A stretch of DNA of 50,467 nucleotides from the NCBI GenBank assembly GCA_964605915.1, contig CAZSET010000002.1, positions 1 through 50,467 of the forward strand. Direction: 5' to 3'. A model generated the notes under the pieces. It searched no databases. It saw only the letters and a program-made list of their open reading frames with translations, and was not told where the DNA came from. Shown one piece after another: positions 9,130 to 18,640 of the stretch. The number at the start of each line of letters is the position of its first letter. Position 1 is the stretch's first letter. The position numbers and the translations under genes are program-made. The stretch comes from an uncultured candidatus Brocadiaceae bacterium. GTDB lineage: Bacteria > Planctomycetota > Brocadiia > SM23-32.

Positions 9130-9790
9130 CCGTTATGAGATAGTCCTCTTGGGAGTTCGGCTTTCGCCATCCGGAGGGCTGTGTCCGACTTCGGAGACGC
9201 AAGCCTCCCGCAGGTTCAGAGACGGCTCTCGGTTCAGAAGGTCGTTTCGGCGCCTCCCGTCGAAGCTCGCCACGTAGCCGTTCTGCCCGGCCTCCCATTC
9301 TGTGTGCATGCAGAGTGTATCGACCACCGCTCTCTGAAGCCAGCGGCGAATCCCCTTCGCCATGAGTTCCTGGCTGTTGTGGTGCTACTGTCCAAGTTGG
9401 AGTGTCTGCCCCGGCCAGTGGCGGCTGGCAGAGGGAACCGGAGCCTGGACCTGCTGCCTGGATGGCTGCCTGGACGGCGCGCCGCCAAGGGGACAGAGAA
9501 GCACCGGAAGGCGGACGCGGCCCTGCGCTTCGTGGAGCGCGGCGGCAAGCTCCTGGCGGCAGAGACAGCCCCTTCTTGCCACCAGTCCGCCGACCCGCGG
9601 AGCCCAGCACCACCTGCGCCCGGCGGACCTTGATCCGGTTGGCGTCATGCCGAAGGACCTTCTGGAGCCGCCGGCCCTCACCGTCGGCGATCTCGCGAAC
9701 ATACAGGCACATCGATTCGTTCCTCCTGACCGGGACAGGCAGACGACCTCCATCATCCCGCCACCGAGAGGAACGAATCCTCAATCTGGC
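9130..9790 (-). pseudogene. Degenerate IS630-family-like transposase N-terminal (helix-turn-helix) remnant
   Basis: EGRRLQKVLRHDANRIKVRRAQVVLGSA resembles the IS630-type xxRRAQIILLSAxG HTH segment. The homology then scatters over all three minus-strand frames (ELAAALHEAQGRV; GIRRWLQRAVVD). No DDE domain or terminal repeats were found. Confidence 0.35.
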
Positions 9791-9830
9791 CTAACACGCA
9801 GCGCCATCGGCACTTACCGACGCAAAGATG

Positions 9831-10130
9831 TTACATCACCTTTCTGGAAGTGGCATTAGGCCCTTCGGGCGCAGGCGCAGTCCCGTGAGATTCGGCACGA
9901 TGCTTCAGGCTCGGGGTATTGCCGACGACGGGGACGTCAGAAGGACTTCCCGCCAGTCGTTCGAGAACTGCCTTCACCTCCGCTTCGCCGCTGGGCAGTA
10001 TCTTGCCGTCGGGCCCGACGAAGAACCACGCAGGAACACTTTCCACGCCGTAGTCTGCTGCAATCTGCGAATGCATGCCCACACACGCATGACGCCAGGT
10101 GAGCTTATGCTCCTGCACGTGCCGGCGAAC
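9831..10130 (-). pseudogene. Thioredoxin-fold (TlpA/ResA-like) C-terminal remnant
   Basis: EVRRHVQEHKLTWRHACVGMHSQIAADYGVESVPAWFFVGPDGKILPSGEAEVKAVLERL matches the C-terminal half of TlpA-type thiol-disulfide oxidoreductases. Just upstream (10130-10330, outside this span) are an in-frame TGA and a possible degraded active-site segment in another frame (FCNAG instead of WCxxC). Confidence 0.5.
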
Positions 10131-10394
10131 CTCAAAGGCCGAATCGTCTCACCGGCACGGTATGAGGCATTGTGGCTCCAGCGTTGCAGAAAGATGCACG
10201 AGGCGCCGGAAACGAGAAGAAGGCAAGGGCAGGGGCTCGTCCAGCGACAGATGCAACGGCGTTGGCTCCCCATTCATCCGGGCAGGTTCCTGCCGAGCCA
10301 CCAGTTTCTCGTGCAGCCCATCGCGCGGGCCGACGGGACGCGCGGCGCCGGCGCATGTTCTGTTGGGTCAGGCAAACCGACGGCGCCGCCGATG

Positions 10395-11663
10395 CTACTC
10401 CGATCGCAGCGCTTCGATGGGCTTCACACGCGCGGCCTCCAGGGCCGGCCAGTAGCCGAAGATGAGGCCCGTAAGGCAACTGACGCCGACCGCGAGCACG
10501 ACGGCCCAGCGCGGCACGAATGTGGGCCAGTCCACGAAGTACGTGATGCTGGACGCTATGCTGTAGCCAAGCAGCACCCCCACCAGGCCTCCCAGGCCGG
10601 TGAGGGTGGCGGCCTCGATGATGAACTGGCGCAGGATGTCGCGCCGGCGGGCGCCGATGGCCCGGCGGGTGCCGATCTCCTTGCGGCGGTCGGAGACGTT
10701 CGAGAGCATTATGTTCATGATTCCGATGCCGCCAACCAGGAGCGATATGCCGGCTATCACACCCATGACCAGCGCCCACGTGTTCTGTGTGGCCTGCTTC
10801 TGGCGCATGAGCTCCAGTGGCACGTGCAGCTCGTAGTCGTCCAGTCGGTGAGTGGCCTCCAGGTAGTTGCGCAGGCGTTCGGCGGTCGGCTGCACGAGGC
10901 GCTCGTCCTCCATTTGCAGGCCCACGCCGTCCAGTTCCACCGTCACGGGTTCGCCGCCCTCGGTGCGGGTGTCGCCCCACATTGACGCCGTTTGCAGCGG
11001 GATGATGACGCAGTTGTCCACGTCGAAGTTCCAGCCGGCCATTACGCCGCCCAGGGGCGCCAGCACTCCGACGCAATTGAACACCTGGTCGGCCATGCGG
11101 ACGGTCTCGTTAAGGGGGTCGTGGTAGGTGAAGAGGGCGCGCGCGGCCGTCGCGCCCACCACGCACACGCGCTTGGAGTCGCCCTCGTCCAGCTCCGTCA
11201 GCAACCGTTGGCGCAGGCCGTCCGGCCGCGTGGTCGTTTCGGAGAGGCGCGCGCGCATCAGGCGGAAGAAATCCGGTTCCACGCCCAGGACCGTCAGGTC
11301 CAGGTTGCGTCCCGACCGGGAGTAGAGCTTCGTGCGCAGATTCTGGACGCCGACGGCGTAGCGCACGTAAGGGAAGGTCTGGCGGACGTGCTCCAGGTCC
11401 CGCCGTCGCAGGCCGTATATGCTGCGGTCCACGCCGACGTCTTCGGCCTGGGCCTGGGACGGACGCACGGAGCGCGCGACTATGTTCTCGACGCCCATGG
11501 CCGTGTAGCGCGAGACCTCGGCCTGGCGCGCACCTTCGCTGATGGAGATCATGGCCACCACAGAGGCCACGCCGAAGATGATGCCCAGCGCGGCCAGCGC
11601 GGAGCGGAACTTGTGCAGGGACAAGTCCAGCAGGGCCAGCCGCAGTGTCTCGAACAGACCCAT
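10395..11663 (-). CDS. MacB-type ABC transporter permease (FtsX family with a large periplasmic domain)
   Basis: N-terminus LRLALLDLSLHKFRSALAALGIIFGVASVVAMISISEGA. About 230 aa of periplasmic domain. The C-terminal FtsX helices include GIMNIMLSNVSDRRKEIGTRRAIGARRRDILRQFIIEA. The start shares one nucleotide with the upstream ATPase stop (TGATG at 11661-11665). Confidence 0.9.
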   Translation of the reverse strand: MGLFETLRLALLDLSLHKFRSALAALGIIFGVASVVAMISISEGARQAEVSRYTAMGVENIVARSVRPSQAQAEDVGVDRSIYGLRRRDLEHVRQTFPYVRYAVGVQNLRTKLYSRSGRNLDLTVLGVEPDFFRLMRARLSETTTRPDGLRQRLLTELDEGDSKRVCVVGATAARALFTYHDPLNETVRMADQVFNCVGVLAPLGGVMAGWNFDVDNCVIIPLQTASMWGDTRTEGGEPVTVELDGVGLQMEDERLVQPTAERLRNYLEATHRLDDYELHVPLELMRQKQATQNTWALVMGVIAGISLLVGGIGIMNIMLSNVSDRRKEIGTRRAIGARRRDILRQFIIEAATLTGLGGLVGVLLGYSIASSITYFVDWPTFVPRWAVVLAVGVSCLTGLIFGYWPALEAARVKPIEALRSE

Positions 11664-12403
11664 CAGACGAGCCTTCCGTCGTGCATGTCCACCACGCGTT
11701 GCACCCGTTTACGATAGGCGGAGTTGTGCGTCACCAGCACCAGCGTGCGCCCGGCCGCAATCAGGTCGTCGAATACCGCCAGTATCTCGTCGCCGGTTTT
11801 CTCGTCCAGGTTCCCGGTCGGCTCGTCGGCCAGCAGGAGCGGCGGGTCGCATGCCAGCGCGCGGGCTATCGCCGTGCGCTGCATCTCGCCGCCGGACAGT
11901 TCGCGCGGGCGGTGATGCATGCGGCTGCCCAACCCGACCCGCTCCGCCAGGCGCGTGGCACGTTCACGGCGTTCGGCGCGCGGCACGCCCCCGTAGGCCA
12001 TCGGCGCGGCGATGTTGCCGGCTACGTCCAGTTGAGGGAACAGGTTGAAGGTCTGAAACACGAAGCCGATCTGCGCGTTGCGCTGTCGGGAAAGGCGGTC
12101 GTCATCGAGCCGCGAGACGTCCTGCCCGCACAGGCTGTAGCTGCCGGCCTCGGCTGTGTCCAGCAGTCCTATGATGTTCAGGAGCGTGCTCTTGCCGGAG
12201 CCGGAGGGTCCCATGACGGCCACGTATTCGCCGGGCTGCACGGTCAAAGTTATGCCCTTAAGCACTTCAAGCCGACGCGAGCCGAGCATGTAGTGCTTGT
12301 GGATGCCGTGCATCTCGATTACGGGCGCGGTCACCTCGGGGTCCCCTCTGGGGCCTGAATCCTTCCGCCGCCGGTCGTGCCGGTTCCGCCCCGGCCTGGT
12401 CAT
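11663..12403 (-). CDS. ABC transporter ATP-binding protein (MacB/LolD-type)
   Basis: Walker A GPSGSGKST, Q-loop, ABC signature LSGGEMQR, Walker B LLLADEPTGNLD and H-loop VTHN. The start overlaps the HlyD stop (ATGA at 12400-12403). Confidence 0.92.
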   Translation of the reverse strand: MTRPGRNRHDRRRKDSGPRGDPEVTAPVIEMHGIHKHYMLGSRRLEVLKGITLTVQPGEYVAVMGPSGSGKSTLLNIIGLLDTAEAGSYSLCGQDVSRLDDDRLSRQRNAQIGFVFQTFNLFPQLDVAGNIAAPMAYGGVPRAERRERATRLAERVGLGSRMHHRPRELSGGEMQRTAIARALACDPPLLLADEPTGNLDEKTGDEILAVFDDLIAAGRTLVLVTHNSAYRKRVQRVVDMHDGRLV

Positions 12404-14112
12404 TCCACGCCGCCCCTGCGGGGAGTGCCCGAGCCGGCCTGCCGCGCGGTTCCCATGCGCCTGCCGTCGGTTCCGCCGCCGGCGGGGCCGGGCAGGTCGG
12501 CTCCGCCCCTGCGGGGCATCTCGGCGTCGGCCTCGGGGCCGGCGACGGGCGTGTCGGGCTCGACCTCTGCGCCTTTTTCCTCCTGGCGCCGGCTCACCTC
12601 GGCAGGCCGCGTGAGGGCGACGCGCTCTCCGACTTTAAGACCCTCGAGGATCTGCACGTAATGGTCGTTGCTCTTGCCGGTCACCACCTCGCGGCGCTCA
12701 AGCTTCTCCTCAGCCCCCTGAACGAAACAGACCGTTGTGCCCTCGATGTTGTACACGGCTTCTATGGGCACGATAGTGGCGTCGGGCACGGTTTCGGCAA
12801 CGATTTGGACCTCAGCGGTCATCCCGCTGGCCAGCCGATCGTCTGCCTTGTCGATGGCGATGGCGGCTCTGTACTTCTTGGGCCCCCCGCTGGGCGGCGT
12901 CTTCGCGAAGTTCTCCAGGGTGTTCACGACGCCCTCTATGTCCATGTCGGGTATGGCTTCTATGGTGACCTGTGTACGTGCGCCCTCGGCTATGCGGTAC
13001 CGGTACTCCTCGGCGATGTATATGTCTATCTCGAAAACACTTTCATCGGGGATGGTCATCAGGTTCATCCCCGCCCAGCTCTGCATTCCCACCTTGATGT
13101 CTTCGGGGCTCGGCCGGCTGCGATCCGTATCGCCGTAGAGCAGCCGGCCGGCCACGGGCGCCGTTACATCGGACAGTGCCAGCATCTCGCCCTGTTCCCT
13201 GATCGTCTCGTTGGTGCGCTCGATCTGTTGCTGAAGCGTGCGGACCTCCGTCTTCTGGTTCTCGACGCGGTTCACGGCGTTGACCTTTGTTCGCTGCATG
13301 TCCAGTTTGGCGTTCGTCACGGCTTCGGCGCGCTTCTCCAGCGTCTCGGGGTACTCGTAGGAGCGGAACTTCTTCTGGTTGAGGCTGGCGTCGTCGTATG
13401 CCTTCTCGGCTGTTTCGACGGCCTTAAGGGCCTTCTGCACGTTGGCACGGGCCTTCTCCTGTGCGGCCTCGTCGCCCATGAGTTGCTCGTCGGCCTCCCG
13501 CTGGATGTCGGCGTAGTCCTTGCGCGCCTGCTTGAGCAGTTCAGTCGCGTCGCGCTTGGCGTCAATCAGGGAGCGCAGCCTGTTGGGGGCATCCTCCTCG
13601 CGGTAGCGGCGCAGGCTCTCCTCGGCATCGCCTAGTCGCGTCTCGGCCGCAGCCACGACGGCCGCCTTGGCGGACTCTTCGATCTCTATGTTGAGGATGG
13701 CAATCTCGAGCTTCTTCTCCTGTTCGACCAGTTGCTCCTCGGCCTTGAGGATGGCATCCTCGAAGCCCTGCTTCTCGAACTGGATGATCAGGTCGCCCTC
13801 CTCCACAAGGTCGTCCTGCGGGCGCAGCCACGCGATGGTCGCCTGACTGCGCCGGCTCCCGAAGGGCACGCTGATCTTGACATTGCGCGTGGCGCGCAGC
13901 GTGCCCCGCTCGCTCAGGCCGATGACCAGGTCCCGGCGGCGCACGGTGTAGAACCGCACCTCCTGGGCCTCGGCCGCTTCGATGCTCGCCACGCCCGCCA
14001 GCCAGCCGATAACCCGGGACGGTCCCCACAGGGCCGCCGCGAAACCGAAAACCAGGCCCGCGGCAATGAGCAGCTTGGCAAGGACTTTCGCGACGCGTTT
14101 CATGGCTCTCAT
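12400..14112 (-). CDS. HlyD/MacA-family periplasmic adaptor with a long coiled-coil hairpin
   Basis: N-terminal membrane anchor (KVLAKLLIAAGLVFGFAAALWG). Biotinyl-lipoyl-like segment (ATIAWLRPQDDLVEEGDLIIQFE). About 200 aa of heptad-like E/K/A-rich sequence, then beta-barrel/MP segments (TAPVAGRLLYG, ASGMTAEVQIV). Gly/Pro/Arg-rich C-terminal tail. ATG 14103 is an alternative start. Confidence 0.88.
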   Translation of the reverse strand: MRAMKRVAKVLAKLLIAAGLVFGFAAALWGPSRVIGWLAGVASIEAAEAQEVRFYTVRRRDLVIGLSERGTLRATRNVKISVPFGSRRSQATIAWLRPQDDLVEEGDLIIQFEKQGFEDAILKAEEQLVEQEKKLEIAILNIEIEESAKAAVVAAAETRLGDAEESLRRYREEDAPNRLRSLIDAKRDATELLKQARKDYADIQREADEQLMGDEAAQEKARANVQKALKAVETAEKAYDDASLNQKKFRSYEYPETLEKRAEAVTNAKLDMQRTKVNAVNRVENQKTEVRTLQQQIERTNETIREQGEMLALSDVTAPVAGRLLYGDTDRSRPSPEDIKVGMQSWAGMNLMTIPDESVFEIDIYIAEEYRYRIAEGARTQVTIEAIPDMDIEGVVNTLENFAKTPPSGGPKKYRAAIAIDKADDRLASGMTAEVQIVAETVPDATIVPIEAVYNIEGTTVCFVQGAEEKLERREVVTGKSNDHYVQILEGLKVGERVALTRPAEVSRRQEEKGAEVEPDTPVAGPEADAEMPRRGGADLPGPAGGGTDGRRMGTARQAGSGTPRRGGVE

Positions 14113-15479
14113 TGGATGAGTCCCATGTCTGCCGGTTCGTCAGCAGGTTCGGGTTCGGGCTTCGGCGGCGTCAGGTCGATGATGATGGGCTCGAGCGGCT
14201 CGTAGCTGCGCCTGAGCGGGAGGACCATCGGCTCCTGCTCGCCGCCGTCGACCTCGTCGGCCTCGTCCTCCCGGCCGTGGCCCAGCCGCGGTATGGCGCG
14301 CTCGACGCCCTTGTCCAGGTTCTCCAGCCCGGCCCCCGGCACGTGCATGATGAACCCGCCCGGGCGCCCTTCGTCCAGGATGTTCACGCGCAGGAAGAAC
14401 ACGAGCATCGTCTTCACCTCCGTGTCGCGCGTGCTCTGGAAGAGCCAGCCCACCAGCGGCATGTCGCCCAGGAACGGCACCTTGCGCAGAACGCCCCGCC
14501 GCTCGCTGCGCAGCAGACCGCCGATGGTCAGCAGCTCGCCGTCTTTCACCGAGAGAGTCGTCCGCACGCTGCGCACGGCCACGATGGGATTGGAGACACC
14601 CGACTCCCCGGCCGCGGTGTAGCCCGTCACAGCCGAGACCTCGGGATTGATGTCCAGCCGGGCCATGTCCTCCGTCACCTGCAGCGGTGTGACGTACAGC
14701 TTGATGCCGACGCGCTTGAAGATCGTCGTCGTGCTGACCGACCCGCTCACGACGGTCGCGCTCTGGATGGGCACGTCCTCGCCGGTCACAATGCTGGCCT
14801 GGTTGCCGGCCGCGACGATGATATTCGGCGAACTGAGGATCTGCGCATTGCCCTCCGTGACCAGCAGGCGCACGTAATGGTCCAGCGTGTAGTCGTCGGA
14901 GATGGACCGCACGTTCAGCCGCAGGCCCATGGACGGCGTCGGCGACGAACCGGGCGTTTCCAACGTGATCTCAGAGCCCTGCAGCAGGCGCGAATCCCCA
15001 CCCATTACGTTCTCAAAGATGTGGGAAAGCTCGAACTCGCGGTCGCTGTCGAGCGTTATCTCCACCACGCGGGACTCCACGAGCACCTGCGGCGAGGGCT
15101 GGTCCAGGTCCTGCAGCACGTTCAGCAGGCCTGGCACCTCGCCGCTGGAGTCGTTCACCAGCACGCGGTTCAGCTTCGGGACGGCCTCCACGATGCCTTC
15201 GGGACTTAGGAACGACTCGATGGCATCGCGCAGCATCTCGCAGTGGCTGACGCGGCAGTAGTAGATGAGCGTGCTCTTGTCGTCGTTGATGATGATCTTG
15301 GGCGGCAGCGGAGCCGGTGACACGCGTTGCCCGGCCTCCGTCGGGTCGACCGGCGCAGCATAGCCTGATACTCTCGTGTCGACCTGGATGTCGCGCTTCA
15401 GGTCGGTCTGAACGCAGCCGATGGACAGGGCGATTGCCAGCAGTGCTGCAACAGGCAAGGCACGGATTTGGCGCATCAT
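14109..15479 (-). CDS. Secretin-family outer-membrane lipoprotein (one secretin-N-like domain plus a secretin domain)
   Basis: Lipoprotein-type signal MMRQIRALPVAALLAIALSIGC. N-domain-like MLRDAIESFLSPEGIVEAVPKLNRVLVNDSSGEVPGLLNVLQDLDQPSPQVLVESRVVEITLD. Secretin core SSPNIIVAAGNQASIVTGEDVPI, FKRVGIKLYVTP and VPFLGDMPLVGWLF. The stop overlaps the HlyD start (ATGA at 14109-14112). Confidence 0.85.
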   Translation of the reverse strand: MMRQIRALPVAALLAIALSIGCVQTDLKRDIQVDTRVSGYAAPVDPTEAGQRVSPAPLPPKIIINDDKSTLIYYCRVSHCEMLRDAIESFLSPEGIVEAVPKLNRVLVNDSSGEVPGLLNVLQDLDQPSPQVLVESRVVEITLDSDREFELSHIFENVMGGDSRLLQGSEITLETPGSSPTPSMGLRLNVRSISDDYTLDHYVRLLVTEGNAQILSSPNIIVAAGNQASIVTGEDVPIQSATVVSGSVSTTTIFKRVGIKLYVTPLQVTEDMARLDINPEVSAVTGYTAAGESGVSNPIVAVRSVRTTLSVKDGELLTIGGLLRSERRGVLRKVPFLGDMPLVGWLFQSTRDTEVKTMLVFFLRVNILDEGRPGGFIMHVPGAGLENLDKGVERAIPRLGHGREDEADEVDGGEQEPMVLPLRRSYEPLEPIIIDLTPPKPEPEPADEPADMGLIQ

Positions 15480-16087
15480 GTCTGCTGTTGCTCTCCCAAG
15501 GTTGACGGCCACCCCCGTCGCCAGGGCTGGTGGCATGTGGTATTCTCTTGTGAAGCGGCAGGTTCCAGCGCCTGCTGCGTAAGGGCGCAGAGATTCCAGG
15601 CATTTCCGAGACTCCCTACATTATAGCGACTGCAGCGCAGAACTCTAGCGCATGGCCTCCCCTGCAACCAGAGCACGCGCCGTGCTGAGCGTACAAGGGT
15701 GCCGAAATGGCTGAAAGGCCTCCGCCGCCGGAGGCCGATGCTCCAGCGTGCTGCGCGGCCTGTCGCGGTTGCAGTAGTACCCCGACTGCTCCGCAGGGAC
15801 CTTCGCCCACGTGAGCGTATCGGGGATCCTTCTGAAGAGCAACTCGTCCATAGCCGCGCTCAGCGAAGGGATGTCAGCGGGACCGTCACCCGTGCCCTTG
15901 TTCCAACCCAAGCTTCCACCGAGTCCCGGACCCGTCAACGGCCAACTCCGGCAGCACCTCCAGTGCCCGCGCCACGTCCAGCAGGCTGGGGTCGGTCTAG
16001 ACGTTTGTGGGGAGGTCCAGCGAGGAGTGTCGCAGCCCGCACCCCCGAGGCCATGCGATGGCGGACATCGGCACGCCACCGTCGGGC

Positions 16088-16116
16088 TTGACAATGCTCG
16101 AACGCGGGGCTATAGT
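16088..16116 (+). promoter_or_regulatory. Near-consensus sigma70 promoter of the catalase gene (TTGACA-N17-TATAGT)
   Basis: TTGACA at 16088-16093, an exact 17-nt spacer, and TATAGT at 16111-16116, about 85 nt upstream of ATG 16201. It stands out against the GC-rich background. Confidence 0.6.
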
Positions 16117-16200
16117 CCCCTTGGTGCGCTCAGATCGCCAGCAATAGCCACATGTGTGGAAGATGGTATCAAATGGTTCTTGCTGAGAGGGGGGCCGTAG

Positions 16201-17724
16201 ATGGCGGACGAGAAGAAGAAGCTGACGACTGCGTCGGGGATGCCGGTTGACGATGACCAGAACACGCTGACCGCCGGGCCGCACGGGCCGGCCCTGATGC
16301 AGGACGTGCATCTGATGGAGAAGCTCGCGCACTTCAACCGCGAGCGCATTCCTGAGCGTGTCGTGCACGCCAAAGGTGCGGGAGCCCATGGCTACTTCGA
16401 GTGTACGGCCGAGATGTCGAAGTACACGCGGGCCAAGTTCCTTTCTGAGGTGGGCAAGAAGACTGAGGTCTTCGCGCGGTTCTCAACCGTCGGCGGCGAG
16501 AAGGGATCGGCCGATGCTGCGCGCGACCCTCGCGGATTCGCGGTGAAGTTCTACACCGAAGAGGGCAACTACGACATGACCGGCAATAATACGCCGGTCT
16601 TCTTCATCCGCGACCCGCTGAAGTTCCCCGATTTCATCCACACCCAGAAGCGCGACCCGGCGACGAATGCGCCCAACCCCGATATGTTCTGGGACTTTCT
16701 GTCGCTGACCCCGGAGTCGATCCATCAGGTCACCATACTGTTCTCGGACCGCGGCACGCCGAAGGGCTTCCGCCACATGAACGGCTACAGCAGCCACACC
16801 TTCAAGTGGTACAACGCCCGCGGCAAGTACTGCTGGGTACAGTACCACTTCAAGACCGAGCAGGGGATCCAGAACCTGACACGGGAAGAGGCGACCCGGA
16901 CGGCCGGCGAGGACCCGAACCACGCCACTTGCGACCTCTATGACGCCATTGCGAGGGGCGAGTATCCCGCCTGGCGCGTCTGTGTCCAGATCATGCCGCC
17001 CGAGGATGCCAAGACCTACCGCTGGAACATACTCGACGTCACGAAGGTCTGGCCCCATGCGGATTACCCGCTCGTCGAGATCGGCCGGATGGTGCTCGAC
17101 CGCAATCCCGAGAACTACTTCGCCGAAGTCGAGCAGGCGGCATTCAGCCCCGGCAACTTCGTGCCCGGGATCGCGGCATCGCCCGACAAGATGCTTCAGG
17201 CGCGCATCATTTCTTACCACGACGCTCATCTCCACCGCCTGGGCCCGAACTACCAGCTTCTGCCGGTCAACGCTCCCAAGGCACGCAAGGCGAGTAACTA
17301 CCAGCGCGACGGCTACATGCGGCTGAATGACGGCGGTGGAGCAGGCCCGAACTACTGGCCCAACTCCATGGGGGGACCCGCACCCGACCCGTCGGTCGCG
17401 GAACCGCCCATTGACCTGGAGGGTCAGGCGGCGCGGCATCCCCAGGAGCTTACCGACGATGACTTCTTCCAGCCTGGTGAGCTCTACCGTCGTGTGATGA
17501 GCGACACAGACAGAGACCACCTGATCGGGAACATCGTCGCTCACCTCGGCGGGGCGCAGAGACGAATCCAGCTCCGCCAGACGGCGCTCTTCCTCAAGGC
17601 CGATCCGGACTACGGTCGCCGCGTCGCAGAGGGTCTCGGCCTGGACGTGAAGAAGGTGGAGAGCCTGGCCGCCATGTCACAGGACGAGAGGGTCAAGGCT
17701 ACGGCCGCAGGGACTGAGCCGTAG
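16201..17724 (+). CDS. katA: Monofunctional haem catalase (small-subunit type)
   Basis: [60 protein letters not shown] and [47 protein letters not shown] are textbook catalase core sequences. 507 aa. Purine-rich RBS GAGAGGGGGG. Confidence 0.97.
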   Translation: MADEKKKLTTASGMPVDDDQNTLTAGPHGPALMQDVHLMEKLAHFNRERIPERVVHAKGAGAHGYFECTAEMSKYTRAKFLSEVGKKTEVFARFSTVGGEKGSADAARDPRGFAVKFYTEEGNYDMTGNNTPVFFIRDPLKFPDFIHTQKRDPATNAPNPDMFWDFLSLTPESIHQVTILFSDRGTPKGFRHMNGYSSHTFKWYNARGKYCWVQYHFKTEQGIQNLTREEATRTAGEDPNHATCDLYDAIARGEYPAWRVCVQIMPPEDAKTYRWNILDVTKVWPHADYPLVEIGRMVLDRNPENYFAEVEQAAFSPGNFVPGIAASPDKMLQARIISYHDAHLHRLGPNYQLLPVNAPKARKASNYQRDGYMRLNDGGGAGPNYWPNSMGGPAPDPSVAEPPIDLEGQAARHPQELTDDDFFQPGELYRRVMSDTDRDHLIGNIVAHLGGAQRRIQLRQTALFLKADPDYGRRVAEGLGLDVKKVESLAAMSQDERVKATAAGTEP

Positions 17725-18195
17725 GGGTGCCCCTCAGTCCTCACTGCTGCTGCTGTTGCGCCGCTTCGGCGGCCCGGGGGATCTGTAGGGTTTCCTTCCA
17801 CGATGGACCGTCGGGCTGCCAACTGCGCAATGCGTCGTGAAGGGCGTCGCGCACGGCCGAGCAGGACACGAACTGACCTAAGCTTCGCGTTGTGAGTCCT
17901 CTGCGGCTCTGGACATCTGAGAGTGGTTGTGAAGACGGTTGGGTTGGGGGAGCCATCCTTCTGTACGCGAATTGCAGGTTCCGCCTCTGGTTAACGCGAT
18001 GGCTGCGTATACTCCTTGTCGCCTGGCGCCTGCAATTGACCGAGGAGATGAGACTCTTGAGTCTCGGCCGAGAAGCGCGCGGCGGTTTCGAGATCATTGA
18101 CCTTGGTCGCTGACGTCTCTCAAGCGGTCGACTGTGAGACCTCAACGCTCGTCCGGGATGATGATGCTTACTCCCTCGATAGGACCAGGTGTGCC

Positions 18196-18640
18196 TCACG
18201 AGAGACAGCCCTGCTCCATCAGTGCTCCGCAAATGCTCCGAATGTGGTCGTGACCCCGGGTCTCCAAGGTAACTGACACATGCACGTAGCCGAGAGGCGC
18301 AGTGCTGTCGAAGCGATGATGCGTAATGTCGAGCACGTTCGCCTGCAGCTCCTAGGCAGTGTTGAGCGCTGCCATGAGCGTGCCAGGGCGGTCCTGCAAT
18401 CTCAGCTGCAGCCGTGTAATCCTGCTGTCCACGCCAAGGCCACGCGTGATGATCCTTCCCAGGGCGTTGACGTCAATGTTCCCGCCGGACAGTATGGAGA
18501 GCACCCGTTTGCCGTGGAAGTCATCCTTATGGCTCAGCAGTGCCGCAAGGGAGACCGCGCCCGCCCCTTCCACCAACACCTTCTCGATCTCGAGAAGAAG
18601 CAGCACCGCGTCGGCCGCCTCCCCGGGCGCCGGTGCCTCA
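18196..18640 (-). pseudogene. Threonine ammonia-lyase (IlvA/TdcB-type) C-terminal remnant with an in-frame TAG
   Basis: EKVLVEGAGAVSLAALLSHKDDFHGKRVLSILSGGNIDVNALGRIITRGL...DRPGTL, then TAG at 18352-18354, then the same frame continues ELQANVLDITHHRFDSTAPLGYVHVSVTLETRGHDHIRSICGALMEQG to TGA 18196-18198. The N-terminal ~2/3 of the enzyme (PLP lysine region) is absent, and the neighbouring gene ends at 18638. Confidence 0.7.

Noticed and set aside
15620-15648. A promoter for the secretin operon, based on a perfect TATAAT on the minus strand.
   Set aside because: There is no acceptable -35 at 16-18 nt spacing (best CTAGAG or TAGAGT), and the distance to the start codon is about 140 nt. That is too weak to list as a feature, so it is mentioned only in the intergenic finding.
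17741-18232. 163-aa minus-strand ORF and a 73-aa plus-strand ORF in the 470-bp gap after the catalase gene. A perfect palindrome GAGACTCTTGAGTCTC lies near 18050.
   Set aside because: The ORFs are Arg/Ser/Gln-rich with no motifs or RBS. The palindrome is short and isolated, so the region is treated as non-coding or decayed. A GCCGC-TTCG-GCGGC hairpin at about 17761-17774 lacks a U-tract, so no terminator was called.
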